NCBI GenBank assembly: GCA_000004985.1
Contig: GG738853.1
DNA: 64,000 bases
Source: Naegleria gruberi
Lineage: Eukaryota
Reading direction: 5' to 3' (one strand)
The notes below the pieces were generated by a model. It saw nothing but the letters and a program-made list of their open reading frames with translations, was not told where the DNA came from and searched no databases. This document shows, piece after piece, positions 44,811 to 55,785 of this stretch. Each line of letters starts with the position of its first letter. Position 1 is the first letter of the stretch. The translations under genes and the position numbers were made by a program.

Positions 44811-47375
44811 ATGCATGAAAACAATGAAGGGAATCCTTTTCTCAATCTCTCATCCGATCTTCATTGTTATATTTGTTCATTTCTTCTCGGAGAGTTATTC
44901 AACAATTATCAAGAACGCAATGAACAAAAACTCAAGTTTTCCACCACTCGTAAATCACACCGATGGTTTCAAAATGGTAAATCATCAAATATTTCAACTA
45001 ATTCGAGTGTTGGACGTTTTTTGAATTTTCCATCATTGAATAATGATCATGATGGTCATCAGAGATTTTATTTAAATTCTCCATTGAAATTGAATGGAAT
45101 GATGATGTTATTTTCATTGAAGAATACATGTAGGAGAATGTTTGAATTTGTGAGTGAGAGTGAAGAGTTGTGGCATTCGATATTGATTTCCTTTCCGATT
45201 AGTTTGGGTTTTAAGAGTGGACATGAGAAATCTTGGATGATGAATATGAATTTGGAGGGATATTATTTGTTGGATGGAGATGGGATTGATGTGATTCAGA
45301 GAGAGAATATGGTTGCAGATGTGTTGAATATTTTGTTTTTATTGAACAAGTTGTGTCATGTAAAGAGGGTCATTAAGAGAATTTCAATTGATTTTACAAT
45401 GAAATCATTGTATTCTGATATGAATTCTAGATTGGAGCTATTGAATATATCACAGATTAATGGGGAGAGCCCTGCATTGTCTTTCATGTCCTACATCTTT
45501 AAGAGTTTGGAAGAGTTGATTTTATTACCAAACAATGAAGATAATCAATCGATGGCATTGGATTTGTCTCTGAAACATCCTTTCAAGAAATTGAAACATT
45601 TGGTTATTGATGCAGAACTTGCTTATTGCTTGGATTTTATCAAATATCACATTGCAACCCTAGAAAATATAACCTTTGTAAATAAGGGAAATAATTTCAG
45701 AATTATTAATAATATTATGGTAGGCTTGTTGAATAGAGGAATAATAGAATCAGAGATTTTGGAGAGTGTGGAATTTGTTGGCACAGTGGATTTAAGATAT
45801 ATAGCTACAGTTCAAATGGAATATGTGAAAAAGTATGGAGCCAATGCTACAAAATATTTATCAAAAATCAAGAATCTTTCAATATTCCAATTTACAAATG
45901 AGGCGGAATTGGGGCATGAATCTAATCAAATACTTCTATCCAACATGGTGGAATTGACATTAGTTCAATATCAGGGAGGAGATTTTCTAGATTTGAGTAA
46001 TATGGATTTTCCAAATTTAAAAATATTGAATATGAAAGGATGTATGCAAACACTCAATTTGAAAGGGATGGACGCTAGATCACTAGAATCCCTCCAATTG
46101 AGAATGTTTGATATGTCTGGAACTGTTCCATTGTTCCATACATTGAAATACCTGACTATTGATAATTGTAAAGGTATTGATGCCAACTCATGGTTCAATA
46201 ATCATGAAAATCTCAAAGAATTTAGAATTATTCCCAACAAACTGGATTCTTCTCTAGATAGCATGGAAATGGTTCTTTCTGGACACCCATCTATAACTTG
46301 CATCAGTGTTACTGCTTGCGATAATGTGACCATTTTCCAGTGTAAGAATTTAGAGGAGGTTCATCTCTTGGATTGTAAACTCTCTACCATTTCAACAAAC
46401 TTTGGAGAGTTCTGTAGAGGACTGAAAATTTTGGAAATTGAAAACACGCTTAATCCATCTTCAATAGCACATCTTGATATTTCCTATTGCTACTATGCGG
46501 AATTCAGAACTTTTAAGATAATATTTGATAGAATATTAAGAGTTAATCATTTAAATATTAATTCAAGTTATTTATTCAATTCTATTGCTGATAATTTGGA
46601 AATTTCCAATATCTATATAGAAAATCAATTAACAGAAGAAATTTGTTCAATAGTAAGAAAAGCCAAAGTCAGTAATAATTTTGGAATTACACATCTCTCA
46701 AAAGAATTCAGACCAAAACGACAATTTGAATGTCGTTCCAATAATGAAACGTTAAATATTGTTTCCAATACTCTGAAATCAGACACCGAAACTTTTGATC
46801 ACATAGAAAATTTTCTCTACTCTAAAACTTGTTCTCCTGCTGATTTTGGAAACATGTCCTTCCTTTGTTATGATGGGGATTATTCAGATAGATTGTTGAA
46901 ATCACAAACTAATAGTCTATTTAGAAACATTGTATATCTTTCCATCAGTTCATATGTTTCAGAGATAGAACTAGACCTCAATAGTATGGTTAACCTGAAA
47001 GAGTTGTATTCCTCAAGCCATAAAGTTTCCCTAGAAGCTAAAAATATTACTCACCAATCATTGAGATCGCTTGTTTTACTGAACCACTCCAAAATTTCAA
47101 TCACATTCAGTGAACTTAAAGCTCCAAAGCTAATGCATTTCTTTATTAGTAGCAATACAAGGAGTGGTTCTTTTAACCTAGACGAACGACAGGAAAATAC
47201 ACAAAAAGTGGAAATTGTGAATTGCGAATTTCCCTCATTGATATTCCATTCTCCAATTGTGAAGGATGAGTTTCTGAATGAGAAGGTTAAAAGCTTGAAT
47301 AATTTATTGAAAGGTTTTTCTAGAATTGAAAAATCAACAGCAAACTCTTCTAAAAATTTTTGTAAATTAATGTAA
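44811..47375 (+). CDS. Large leucine-rich-repeat protein (854 aa), F-box/LRR-like
   Basis: It is a single ORF with irregular LRRs ('LKHLVIDAELAY..', 'NLKILNMKGC..LNLKGM..', 'LKYLTIDNCKGI..') and an F-box-like N-terminus, 'LHCYICSFLLGELF'. Confidence 0.45.
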   Translation: MHENNEGNPFLNLSSDLHCYICSFLLGELFNNYQERNEQKLKFSTTRKSHRWFQNGKSSNISTNSSVGRFLNFPSLNNDHDGHQRFYLNSPLKLNGMMMLFSLKNTCRRMFEFVSESEELWHSILISFPISLGFKSGHEKSWMMNMNLEGYYLLDGDGIDVIQRENMVADVLNILFLLNKLCHVKRVIKRISIDFTMKSLYSDMNSRLELLNISQINGESPALSFMSYIFKSLEELILLPNNEDNQSMALDLSLKHPFKKLKHLVIDAELAYCLDFIKYHIATLENITFVNKGNNFRIINNIMVGLLNRGIIESEILESVEFVGTVDLRYIATVQMEYVKKYGANATKYLSKIKNLSIFQFTNEAELGHESNQILLSNMVELTLVQYQGGDFLDLSNMDFPNLKILNMKGCMQTLNLKGMDARSLESLQLRMFDMSGTVPLFHTLKYLTIDNCKGIDANSWFNNHENLKEFRIIPNKLDSSLDSMEMVLSGHPSITCISVTACDNVTIFQCKNLEEVHLLDCKLSTISTNFGEFCRGLKILEIENTLNPSSIAHLDISYCYYAEFRTFKIIFDRILRVNHLNINSSYLFNSIADNLEISNIYIENQLTEEICSIVRKAKVSNNFGITHLSKEFRPKRQFECRSNNETLNIVSNTLKSDTETFDHIENFLYSKTCSPADFGNMSFLCYDGDYSDRLLKSQTNSLFRNIVYLSISSYVSEIELDLNSMVNLKELYSSSHKVSLEAKNITHQSLRSLVLLNHSKISITFSELKAPKLMHFFISSNTRSGSFNLDERQENTQKVEIVNCEFPSLIFHSPIVKDEFLNEKVKSLNNLLKGFSRIEKSTANSSKNFCKLM

Positions 47376-47542
47376 AGTACAAGTTTGTAACATCTATTTC
47401 AATAAACATTCGCAGTTGAGTTCAACAACAAGAAATTTACATTATTTACGAGCCAAACAGCAATGGATGAACATTTATTTCATCTTTTTGTGAGATAATG
47501 TTTCCTATTCTTCCCAGCAAGATGGATGTATTATCTTGAAGT

Positions 47543-48241
47543 TTAGACATCAACTTGGACTGGAGCAGATTTGTTCCACAAGTCAAAAATACAAGTACTG
47601 TCAGATGATGAATCTGCGCACTTGTTAGAGTTAGCTTGGTTAGATTGCAAACGCAATAATTCTTGGAGTTTTTCAAATTCGACAGAAATAGTGAGAGAGT
47701 GGTTTTGGGAGATTTGGTGTTTAGAGGCCTTGGAGGCCCCTGAAGATGGTTTAAACATTGACTTTTTGTAAACAACTTTGACTCGTAAAGATTTTTGTTC
47801 TTTTGCCAACAAGAAGGCCTGTTGATACTCTTCTTGATTGTCAAAAGAAATCCAATCCTTTTCTCCATCTTGGTATTTGAAGGAGATTGTCTTCTTTTTC
47901 TTTTGGGTGTTAACAAGTGACATTGGAATATGGTCACTAAGATATTGTTTTCCATCCTCATTTCTTCCACTTGATAAACTGAGCATAATTGAATTATAAA
48001 ATTCTTGATAGGAATCACAAAGTGCAATCTTTCTGATTTCCTCATGTTTTTTCGGTTGAACATTGGAAGAAGCTTCCATTGAGGAAGCACTAGATTTTTT
48101 TTGCTTTGCATAGAAGTAAACTTTGGCAAAGATCTTTTCTGATGATTGATTTTTGTACATGTTAAAAGAGAGAGAGGGGTTTGGTGGATTGAGGGTGGTG
48201 GAGTTGTGTATTTGTAGAGAAGTTTCTTTTCGAAATTGCAA
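47543..48241 (-). CDS. PB1-domain protein
   Basis: 'TISFKYQDGEKDWISFDNQEEYQQAFLLAKEQKSLRVKVV' has a PB1 fold signature. The overlapping ORF 47446..48357 in another frame is low-complexity and probably spurious. Confidence 0.4.
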   Translation of the reverse strand: MQFRKETSLQIHNSTTLNPPNPSLSFNMYKNQSSEKIFAKVYFYAKQKKSSASSMEASSNVQPKKHEEIRKIALCDSYQEFYNSIMLSLSSGRNEDGKQYLSDHIPMSLVNTQKKKKTISFKYQDGEKDWISFDNQEEYQQAFLLAKEQKSLRVKVVYKKSMFKPSSGASKASKHQISQNHSLTISVEFEKLQELLRLQSNQANSNKCADSSSDSTCIFDLWNKSAPVQVDV

Positions 48242-48599
48242 ACTGAAAACTTTAAAAATGGAGTGATCAAAAAAAATTCAAAGTCAAAATAGGTGCTGCA
48301 GAAGAAATGCGCGCGAGTGAGACGAAGTGTTTTTTTTGTGGTTACTCTTTCCAGCAAACAACTTCAGCAGGTATTATAAATAACTACGATAACTTTATTT
48401 TTAGATTTTTATTTATAGTTTGAACATTGGCGGAAACAAGGTGCTGCAAACTACGGTTTTGCTGCGTGAGGAGATGACCTTCTAACATCTCCTACAAACG
48501 ACAATTTTAAATATCTATTGATAACAGTGTTTCTAAAGTGCATACACGAGAAAAAGTGTTTCATTGGTATGTTGATGGTTGAAATTTAACTTTGTGTGG

Positions 48600-48770
48600 A
48601 AGTGCAAACCAAGATTCACCTGTTTGAGGAGGTACCTATTGTAAATTGAACTTCAATCTCAGATGAAACAATAACAGTTGTGCATTAATTCATGATATTC
48701 ATTTTCAAAGATTTCATTCACCAACCAAATTGAAAGAAGAAAATCTATGATATTATACAAGTGATTTTTT
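48600..48770. repeat. Dispersed repeat, copy A (about 150 bp)
   Basis: It shares '...ttgtaaattga(a/c)ttc(a/c)aatct...atgaaa...gaaagaagaaaatct(a/t)tgatattatacaagt...tttt(a/g)aatatg...' with 49060..49230. Confidence 0.6.
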
Positions 48771-49059
48771 AATATGCATTGTAATAGAGGAGATTAAACT
48801 TGGAGACAATACCAAACAAAGCAATTTGGGAACCTACTCTATTATTTATACGATTAATACGATTTCAAATCGTAATTCTTTTCCATCTCTTGAGTTACAG
48901 GAGTCCTGATATCAAAAATGTTGAACAGATAACCATCATATTGTAATAAGTTTGGTGACTAGCTCACTAGTAGTGGTAGATGAAACGAATTGCCAAACAT
49001 ACAACCAAAGGTATCTATGAATTTCAGCAACAGGAAGGAATTTTCTCATTCAGTTTATT

Positions 49060-49230
49060 GCTACTTTGTGATTGAAACCCTAATTCTACACAATTCTGTT
49101 GTAAATTGACTTCCAATCTAAAATGAAATATGAATGATTGTTGATTCACTTTCAATGAAAAGAAGAAAATCTTTGATATTATACAAGTATTTTTGAATAT
49201 GAAATTTTATAGGGATATTAAAACTTCTTG
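49060..49230. repeat. Dispersed repeat, copy B (about 150 bp), same orientation, immediately downstream of the calcineurin B 3' end
   Basis: See copy A. It is about 75% identical by eye. Confidence 0.6.
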
Positions 49231-49240
49231 GAGAATGAAA

Positions 49241-50087
49241 TTACAAACGAATGGTCATCTTATTTTCCAAATCTTGATGTGATAGTGTCTTGGCAAATTC
49301 TTCAAAGCTAATTTTACCATCACCATCTTCATCAGCTTCCAAAATTGTTTTATCGACAATTTGTTGCAATTGTACATCACTAAGGTTATTACCAACCATC
49401 ATTTTCAAAACTGTGAAAAGTTCTCCGTTACTTATGTAACCATCTCCATCAATATCGTATACTTTGAAAGCAACTATTAATAAGGTAAATATTTAGTAAC
49501 TAAGGAGAGAAATTGTCTAATTACTTACATTCAAGTTTCCTTTGCTTATCACCTTGAGCATTGAATACCGAGAGTGCAGCAATAAATTCTTTAAAGTTTA
49601 CGGATCCATCACCGTTTTCATCGAATATAGATATAACTCTTTTCACAAGGGGATTGACTGCAAGTTCAGGTATCATCAAAAATTCATCCTTTGATATAGT
49701 TCCGTTACCATCCTTATCAAGCTTCTTGAATCTCTTGTATAACTTTTTAATTTCCTTTTGGGTAACTATTTTAAGATGAAGTAGTTATCAATAAATTGTA
49801 TTATTTTAATTGTCATCGTCATATCGTAAATATTGATCAATCACATTTAAATCATTAAATCAATAATATCAATAATATCATCACCGTCATCATGATGCAA
49901 AGGTGTATTAAAAATATTATTGTTGTATCCGCAAAGATTTTGAAAATTTAATTAGTTTCATACAATAAATACAATAGCAATTAAATCTCTAAGAATGACT
50001 CTTCTACAACAACAATAACTTACAGTTAGTACCCTTTTGCATCTCTTCGACTTCTTCTGGTCTCAACGAGCTGGTATTAGTTCCCAT
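49241..50087 (-). CDS. cnbA: Calcineurin B regulatory subunit (4 EF-hands). Exons are 50087..50024, 49765..49529 and 49473..49241.
   Basis: '[21 protein letters not shown]|[68 protein letters not shown]...LE|[60 protein letters not shown]' is close to human CNB. The N-terminus has the myristoylation motif MG(T/N). The introns are 258 and 55 nt (GTAAGT...TAG). Confidence 0.9.
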
Positions 50088-50560
50088 ATTTACCGTTGTA
50101 TTTTTTTTGAGTAGTGTTGAGTGAGAGCAACACAGTTGTTAGCCATTTGATCAAAGAGGGAAAAGAAGACTCCAACAACAACCTTTACCTTTCAAAAGAG
50201 ATTTGGAATGGTGATGATTTGTTGTTAGCCAACTTTGCATTTGAAGAATAATTCGAATAAAAAGTTCAAATTGGTTGTTTGGCTCTAAATGCTGAACTCT
50301 ATTGAACACTAACAGCAAAGGTTGATTGTTCCCTCAATAGTTACTTTCTGCATTCTGAAATAACAACAATATAATTATTCTGAATTGAGGCCATAGTTGA
50401 AGCAAAGGTGAAACAATTCGAGTTATAAATCTCTTAAGGTGAAACTTGATGTTTGAGAGTTATTAGCGTATGGTTTCTTCATTGTTCTCTGCTAAAAATT
50501 TAAAGCTGGAATTAAAATCTATTTTTACTTCCATCAAGTAAAATACACAATCTAAAAAAT

Positions 50561-53519
50561 ATGGCAACAGCAACCCTTTCAAATCATTCAGCTTATTCAG
50601 CAGCTGGTATTTTATCTTTGTTGGATGAAAATGATTTCGACCTTCAGGAAATGGCTCTTAGGAAGTTGGATCAAGTTGTGGATCAATACTGGGCCGAAAT
50701 TTCTGAATCCGTTCGTAAATTGTAAGTTGTATTAATACAACAAAAAGAGGAGGCTTACATAGTATTTCAATCATTTAATATTTGACGTGATGATCAATAT
50801 TGTATTAAATAATTTACCATAATCTAGGGAATCGTTGTATGAAAATGAAAAATTCCCAAATCGTGAATTAGCTGCTTTACTTACCTCCAAAGTGTATTAT
50901 CATCTTAACGAGTTTGATGAATCTTTACAATTTGCTCTTGGTGCTGGAAATTTATTTGATGTTAGTAAACAAGACGATGATGAATATGTTAATAAGATCA
51001 TCAGCAAGTGTATTGATACTTACATACAAACAAGACAAAACAATGGAAAGGAGGATCCAAGATTGACAAATATTGTAGAAAGAATGTTTGATAGATGTCT
51101 GCAAGAAGGTGAATATAAACAAGCTTTAGGAATTGCTATTGAAGCTAGAAGATTGGATAAAATAACTCAAGCTATCAAAATTTCACCAAATATCAAGGAA
51201 ATGCTTAACTATACATTTGATGTTGCTATGAATCTTATTGAATTAAGAGATTTTAGACATAATGTTTTGAAGCAATTAGTTGATATTTATATGGAAGATA
51301 AGGAAAATACTGACTACTTTGCAGTGACACAATGTTTAACATTTTTGGATGATGCTAAATCTGTTGCTAATATTTTACATCAATTAATTACATCCAATGA
51401 AGTTAATGATCATGCTATTGCTTATCAAATTGGATTTGATTTACACGATCGTGCACCACAACACTTTTTGGTTTCTGCTCGTGATGTACTTTTACAAGAT
51501 CCTAAGGCTGAGGAACAAGAAACACCTCTTGCTAAACTTTTAACTGTCCTTTCAGGAGAAATTACTATTCAACATAATGTTGACTTTTTACTCAGACACA
51601 ACCATACAGATCTTCAAATTCTTAACAATATCAAATCATCATTTGAAAGAAATTCTGTTCTCCATTCTGGTACAATTACATCCAATGCTTTTATGCATGC
51701 TGGTACAACTGTAGATAAATTCCTTAGAGATAATCTTGAATGGTTGGGTAAGGCCAATAATTGGGCTAAATTCAGTGCTACTGCCAGTTTGGGTGTTATT
51801 CAAAAGGGTAGAATTAAGGACAGTCTCACTATTTTGAAGCCATATCTTCCATCATCAGGTACTGCTTCTACCGCTAGTTCAAGTGTTTATTCTGAAGGTG
51901 GTGCTCTCTTTGGTTTGGGTATTATTCACTCTAATCATTTAGCTAATGATATGACTCAATATTTACTCAATGTTGTTTCTAATCAATCAGCTGATCCAGT
52001 TGTCCAACATGGTGCTTGTTTTGGTTTGGGTTTATGTGGTATGGCTACTCAAGAAGCAGAACTTTATGAAAAGATGAAGGATGTCATGTTTTTGGATAAT
52101 GCTGTTTCAGGTGAAGCTGCTGCTATTGGTATGGGTCTCGTTATGTTGGGAAGTGGTGATGATAAGGCCATTGATGAAATGTTGAACTATGCTCATGAAA
52201 CTGCTCACGAAAAGATTATTAGAGGTCTTGCCATGGGTTTGGCTTTAACTGTTTATGGTAGAGAAGAAGAAGGTAACAAGTTAATTGATAGATTGACTAA
52301 TGATAAGGATCCAATTCTCAGATATGGTGGAATGTACGCTATTGGTTTGGCATTTGCTGGTACTGGTAATAATAATGCTATCAGAAAATTGTTGCAAGTT
52401 GCTGTTTCTGATGTATCTGATGATGTCAGAAGAGCTGCTGTTATTAACTTGGGTTTCCTCCTCTTCAAGTCACCAAAACAATGTCCAAGAATTGTTTCTC
52501 TCCTCGCCGAAAGTTATAATCCTCATGTAAGATATGGTGTTGCTCTTGCTGTTGGTATTTCATGTGCTGGTTCTGGTTTAAAGGAAGCTTTGGATCTTTT
52601 GGAACCATTAGCTTTGGATAGAGTTGACTTTGTTCGTCAAGGTGCTCTCATTGCTCAATCAATGGTTTTGATGCAATTGAATGAAGTTCAAGAACCAAAG
52701 GTTGCTGATTTCCGTAAACATTTGCAAAAGACTTGGTCAACCAGAGCTGAAGAAGTTATGTGTAAATTAGGTTCAATCCTTTCTGCAGGTATTTTAGATG
52801 CTGGTGGTAGAAATGCTACAATTTGTTTGCACAGACATGGTAATAACAAGATGAGAAATATTGTTGGTCTTGCTCTCTTTACTCAATATTGGTTCTGGTA
52901 TCCATATTTACATTTCTTATCACTTTCTCTTGAACCAACTTCAATTATTGGTTTGAATACTGATTTGAAGATGCCATCCCAATTCACTTTCAAGAGTAAT
53001 CAAAAACCATCCATGTTTGCCTATCCACCTCCACTCAAGACTGAAGAAGAAAAGAAGGAAGTTACTGTTGGTCCTGTTGCTGAATTGTCTCTCTCTGCTA
53101 AGGCCAGAGTTAGAGAAGAAAGAAAGAGAAGAAGACCAGAAGGTAGTGCTACTCCTCTCCTCACTCCTCTTACTTCAACTCCAACACCACAAGTTGATCC
53201 AAAGCAACTACCATCACAACCTTCACAAACAGATAAGGATACAAAGAAACAAAAGAAGAAGAAGGAACCAACTTCTGAATCTCTTACAAATCCTGCTCGT
53301 GTAACACCTTCACAACTTAACTTTATTTCATTCGATACAACCAGTAGATATGTTCCTATCAAATTATCTTCTTCATCTGGTATCAATTTGGGTATTAACG
53401 TGCTCAGTGATACAAAACCAGGTGAAGATGCTGATATTTTAACACCTCAAGCTGGTCAAAAATCAGAAGAAAAGGAAGAAAATGAACCACAACCACCAGC
53501 AAGCTTTGAATGGAATTAA
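50561..53519 (+). CDS. psmD1: 26S proteasome regulatory subunit RPN2 (PSMD1). Exons are 50561..50721 and 50828..53519.
   Basis: '[54 protein letters not shown]|[26 protein letters not shown]' matches human PSMD1 '[67 protein letters not shown]'. The PC repeats and the C-terminal KEKE region are present. The intron is GTAAGT...ATCTAG, 106 nt. Confidence 0.92.
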
Positions 53520-53649
53520 ATCCAATTGTACAAAAATAAAGTCTTAAACTTGATTGTAACGTGTACTTATTATTGTTTTCTACCTACAATAAATTCGTGC
53601 TCCTCATGTTCTAGTAGTAATTGTTGCAAATCTGAAATCTAATGAATCC

Positions 53650-54504
53650 TTAGCGGTTATTTTGATATAAATCTTTATTGATTCTTCTTTTTTGGAAAAA
53701 AGAATTCAGTTTCTTTAGCTTGTTTTCTTTCAATTTCTCAGCTTTCTTGACCGCCTTTTCTTGTTGTTTGGATGTAATGTCATCAATAGTACTACCAGAT
53801 TTATATGTGTCACTGGTCCTGGTGGCTTTGATAGCAATACAGTTTAAATCAGCAATGTTGTGAATAAATTCAACACCTTGGAGCCATTCCACTAAATTGA
53901 AATTTGAAGCACTTCTCAATCTTTTACAGACCTGAACAATAATGTAAGATTGAGCCAAGAGTATAGGATAACAACTACTTCTGAAATCTTTGTAACAAAA
54001 TGCATCTGGAATAGGAGCATCTACTTCTTCTCTGAATACTCTTTGAAGAAATGCCATACGATGTTTGAATTCTTTGTCGCCTGAATATTGTTCATTAGAA
54101 ACTGATAACAACAATTCAAAGATTTCATCTGTAGATAACTCATCATTAACTGATTCCCCAGTGATTGATTGATAGCAATCACAAAGGTAATTCTTCAAAG
54201 AAATACCCTCAGAATCTCTTTCTCTTTTGCCAATGAGGTTATCAACTTCTTTGCCATCTGAATCAGCATGTCTTAAGTTAAGAGAGGTAGCGAGAGCAGA
54301 AGCACCAGAGGACATATTTCTATTAACCTGTTGAGTTTCTTGGTTATTCAGTTGTTGACTGCTTGAAATATTGGATGCAGAATCTGCTTTACCGTAAATC
54401 TGTGCAGTGGAGCTACCAGAAGAAGTTGTGTCGGATTGAAGTTGTTTGAGATGAGATGGAGATGATCTTTTGTGTTTCTTCTTTGGAGTTCTGTTCTTGT
54501 TCAT
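53650..54504 (-). CDS. Hypothetical protein (284 aa) with a basic N-terminus, an S/Q-rich region and a KK-rich C-terminus
   Basis: It is a single ORF with no recognised domain. Confidence 0.35.
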   Translation of the reverse strand: MNKNRTPKKKHKRSSPSHLKQLQSDTTSSGSSTAQIYGKADSASNISSSQQLNNQETQQVNRNMSSGASALATSLNLRHADSDGKEVDNLIGKRERDSEGISLKNYLCDCYQSITGESVNDELSTDEIFELLLSVSNEQYSGDKEFKHRMAFLQRVFREEVDAPIPDAFCYKDFRSSCYPILLAQSYIIVQVCKRLRSASNFNLVEWLQGVEFIHNIADLNCIAIKATRTSDTYKSGSTIDDITSKQQEKAVKKAEKLKENKLKKLNSFFQKRRINKDLYQNNR

Positions 54505-54796
54505 TCAAAATGAGATTCGAATAATTTTTTGAGCATGGAAAAATAATTACTCTCGGAATTGAGGTTGCTTATTAAGCGTATCGGAATATTCATTTTATTT
54601 TGTAATTTACAATCGGAAACATTCTAAAGTAGTTGTCAAACTGTGAAAAAATGTTGATTAAATCCAAAAGAAAAAACTGTAAATGCTTGATCATATTAAT
54701 TATTCTGTTCCAAAATCCTAATCAACATCACATTTTGAAAATCCAAGGCACACAGAATGACAAAAAAGCAAAATCACGTTTCACATATTTAAAAAA

Positions 54797-55540
54797 ATGT
54801 CTTTACCATTCCATGACATTTCATTCTCCTTTGATTGTGAAAGTGTACACAATTCCGAGACTCATGGCCATATGAATCTGTACACTCACCTAAAAACAAG
54901 TAAATTCGATACAAATCAATCAAATTCTCTACAGGGATGGTGTTCTCCTATTCAACAACAAGAATTATTGCACCTCATCAGGAGTAAATTGGGAATTACT
55001 CGTAATTGTAACTTATCTTTGGTTTTTTCATGTGACGAGAATAGACCATTCGATTATTCACACTTCCACAATGTTCAAGCCAAATACAATCAACCAAATC
55101 TGATATTATTCGAAACAAATAGTGGATCAATATTTGGAGGATTTACCAGTAAAGCTTGGGTAAGACAACGATCAGACGTGGAGAATGTTAGAGATGAGCA
55201 TGCCTTTTTATTTTCCATCAACTTGAATCTTATCAGTGATTCTCCCTCATCATCAGTACAGAGCATCACCAATGAATCATGTGAACAATCCAACTTGCAC
55301 ATTTATGGATTGGCTCATTTCCAACAAAAAGTTGCCATTACAATTCTCGATGATGATAAGTATGGTGGAATAATGTTTGGCAGAGATACTCTCTTCATAT
55401 CGAATGATTGTACCAATCCTAACAAGGATTCATGCTCCCTCTATATTGATTCCAGAGAAGCTACCTACTGTAGAGGAGATGATGTTATTGAACTGGAGAA
55501 TTTCTACATTAAGAAACTTTCTTTCTATCACATTAAATAA
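54797..55540 (+). CDS. TLDc-domain protein
   Basis: 'ILFETNSGSIFGGFTSKAWVRQRSDV...DEHAFLFSINL...GIMFGRDTLFISNDCT...' has the TLDc signature (GG[FY]T..W....F.F.L), related to the C-terminus of the 21636..22832 protein. Confidence 0.5.
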   Translation: MSLPFHDISFSFDCESVHNSETHGHMNLYTHLKTSKFDTNQSNSLQGWCSPIQQQELLHLIRSKLGITRNCNLSLVFSCDENRPFDYSHFHNVQAKYNQPNLILFETNSGSIFGGFTSKAWVRQRSDVENVRDEHAFLFSINLNLISDSPSSSVQSITNESCEQSNLHIYGLAHFQQKVAITILDDDKYGGIMFGRDTLFISNDCTNPNKDSCSLYIDSREATYCRGDDVIELENFYIKKLSFYHIK

Positions 55541-55785
55541 AATTAAGAACCTTAAAAAAGATAGGAAAAGTAGATGTGAAAAACTTTATAAAAATTCAAA
55601 CGTGATGATGAAATTTTTCATGCAATTATTACGAATGAACATGGAATTATTCTTCCTTTGCCCAATGGCACCAGAGAAATAATACACAAAAACCTTCCGA
55701 TAAAGAATTTCTCTTGGTCAATTACAAAAAAAAATACACATCACCCAAGTTTATTTTTTAAGCGGTTTTATACATCATCATCAAA

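Noticed and set aside
47446-48357. A 303-aa ORF overlapping the PB1-domain ORF in another frame
   Set aside because: It is low-complexity and K/L/F-rich with no domain. The overlapping frame carries the recognisable PB1 signature.
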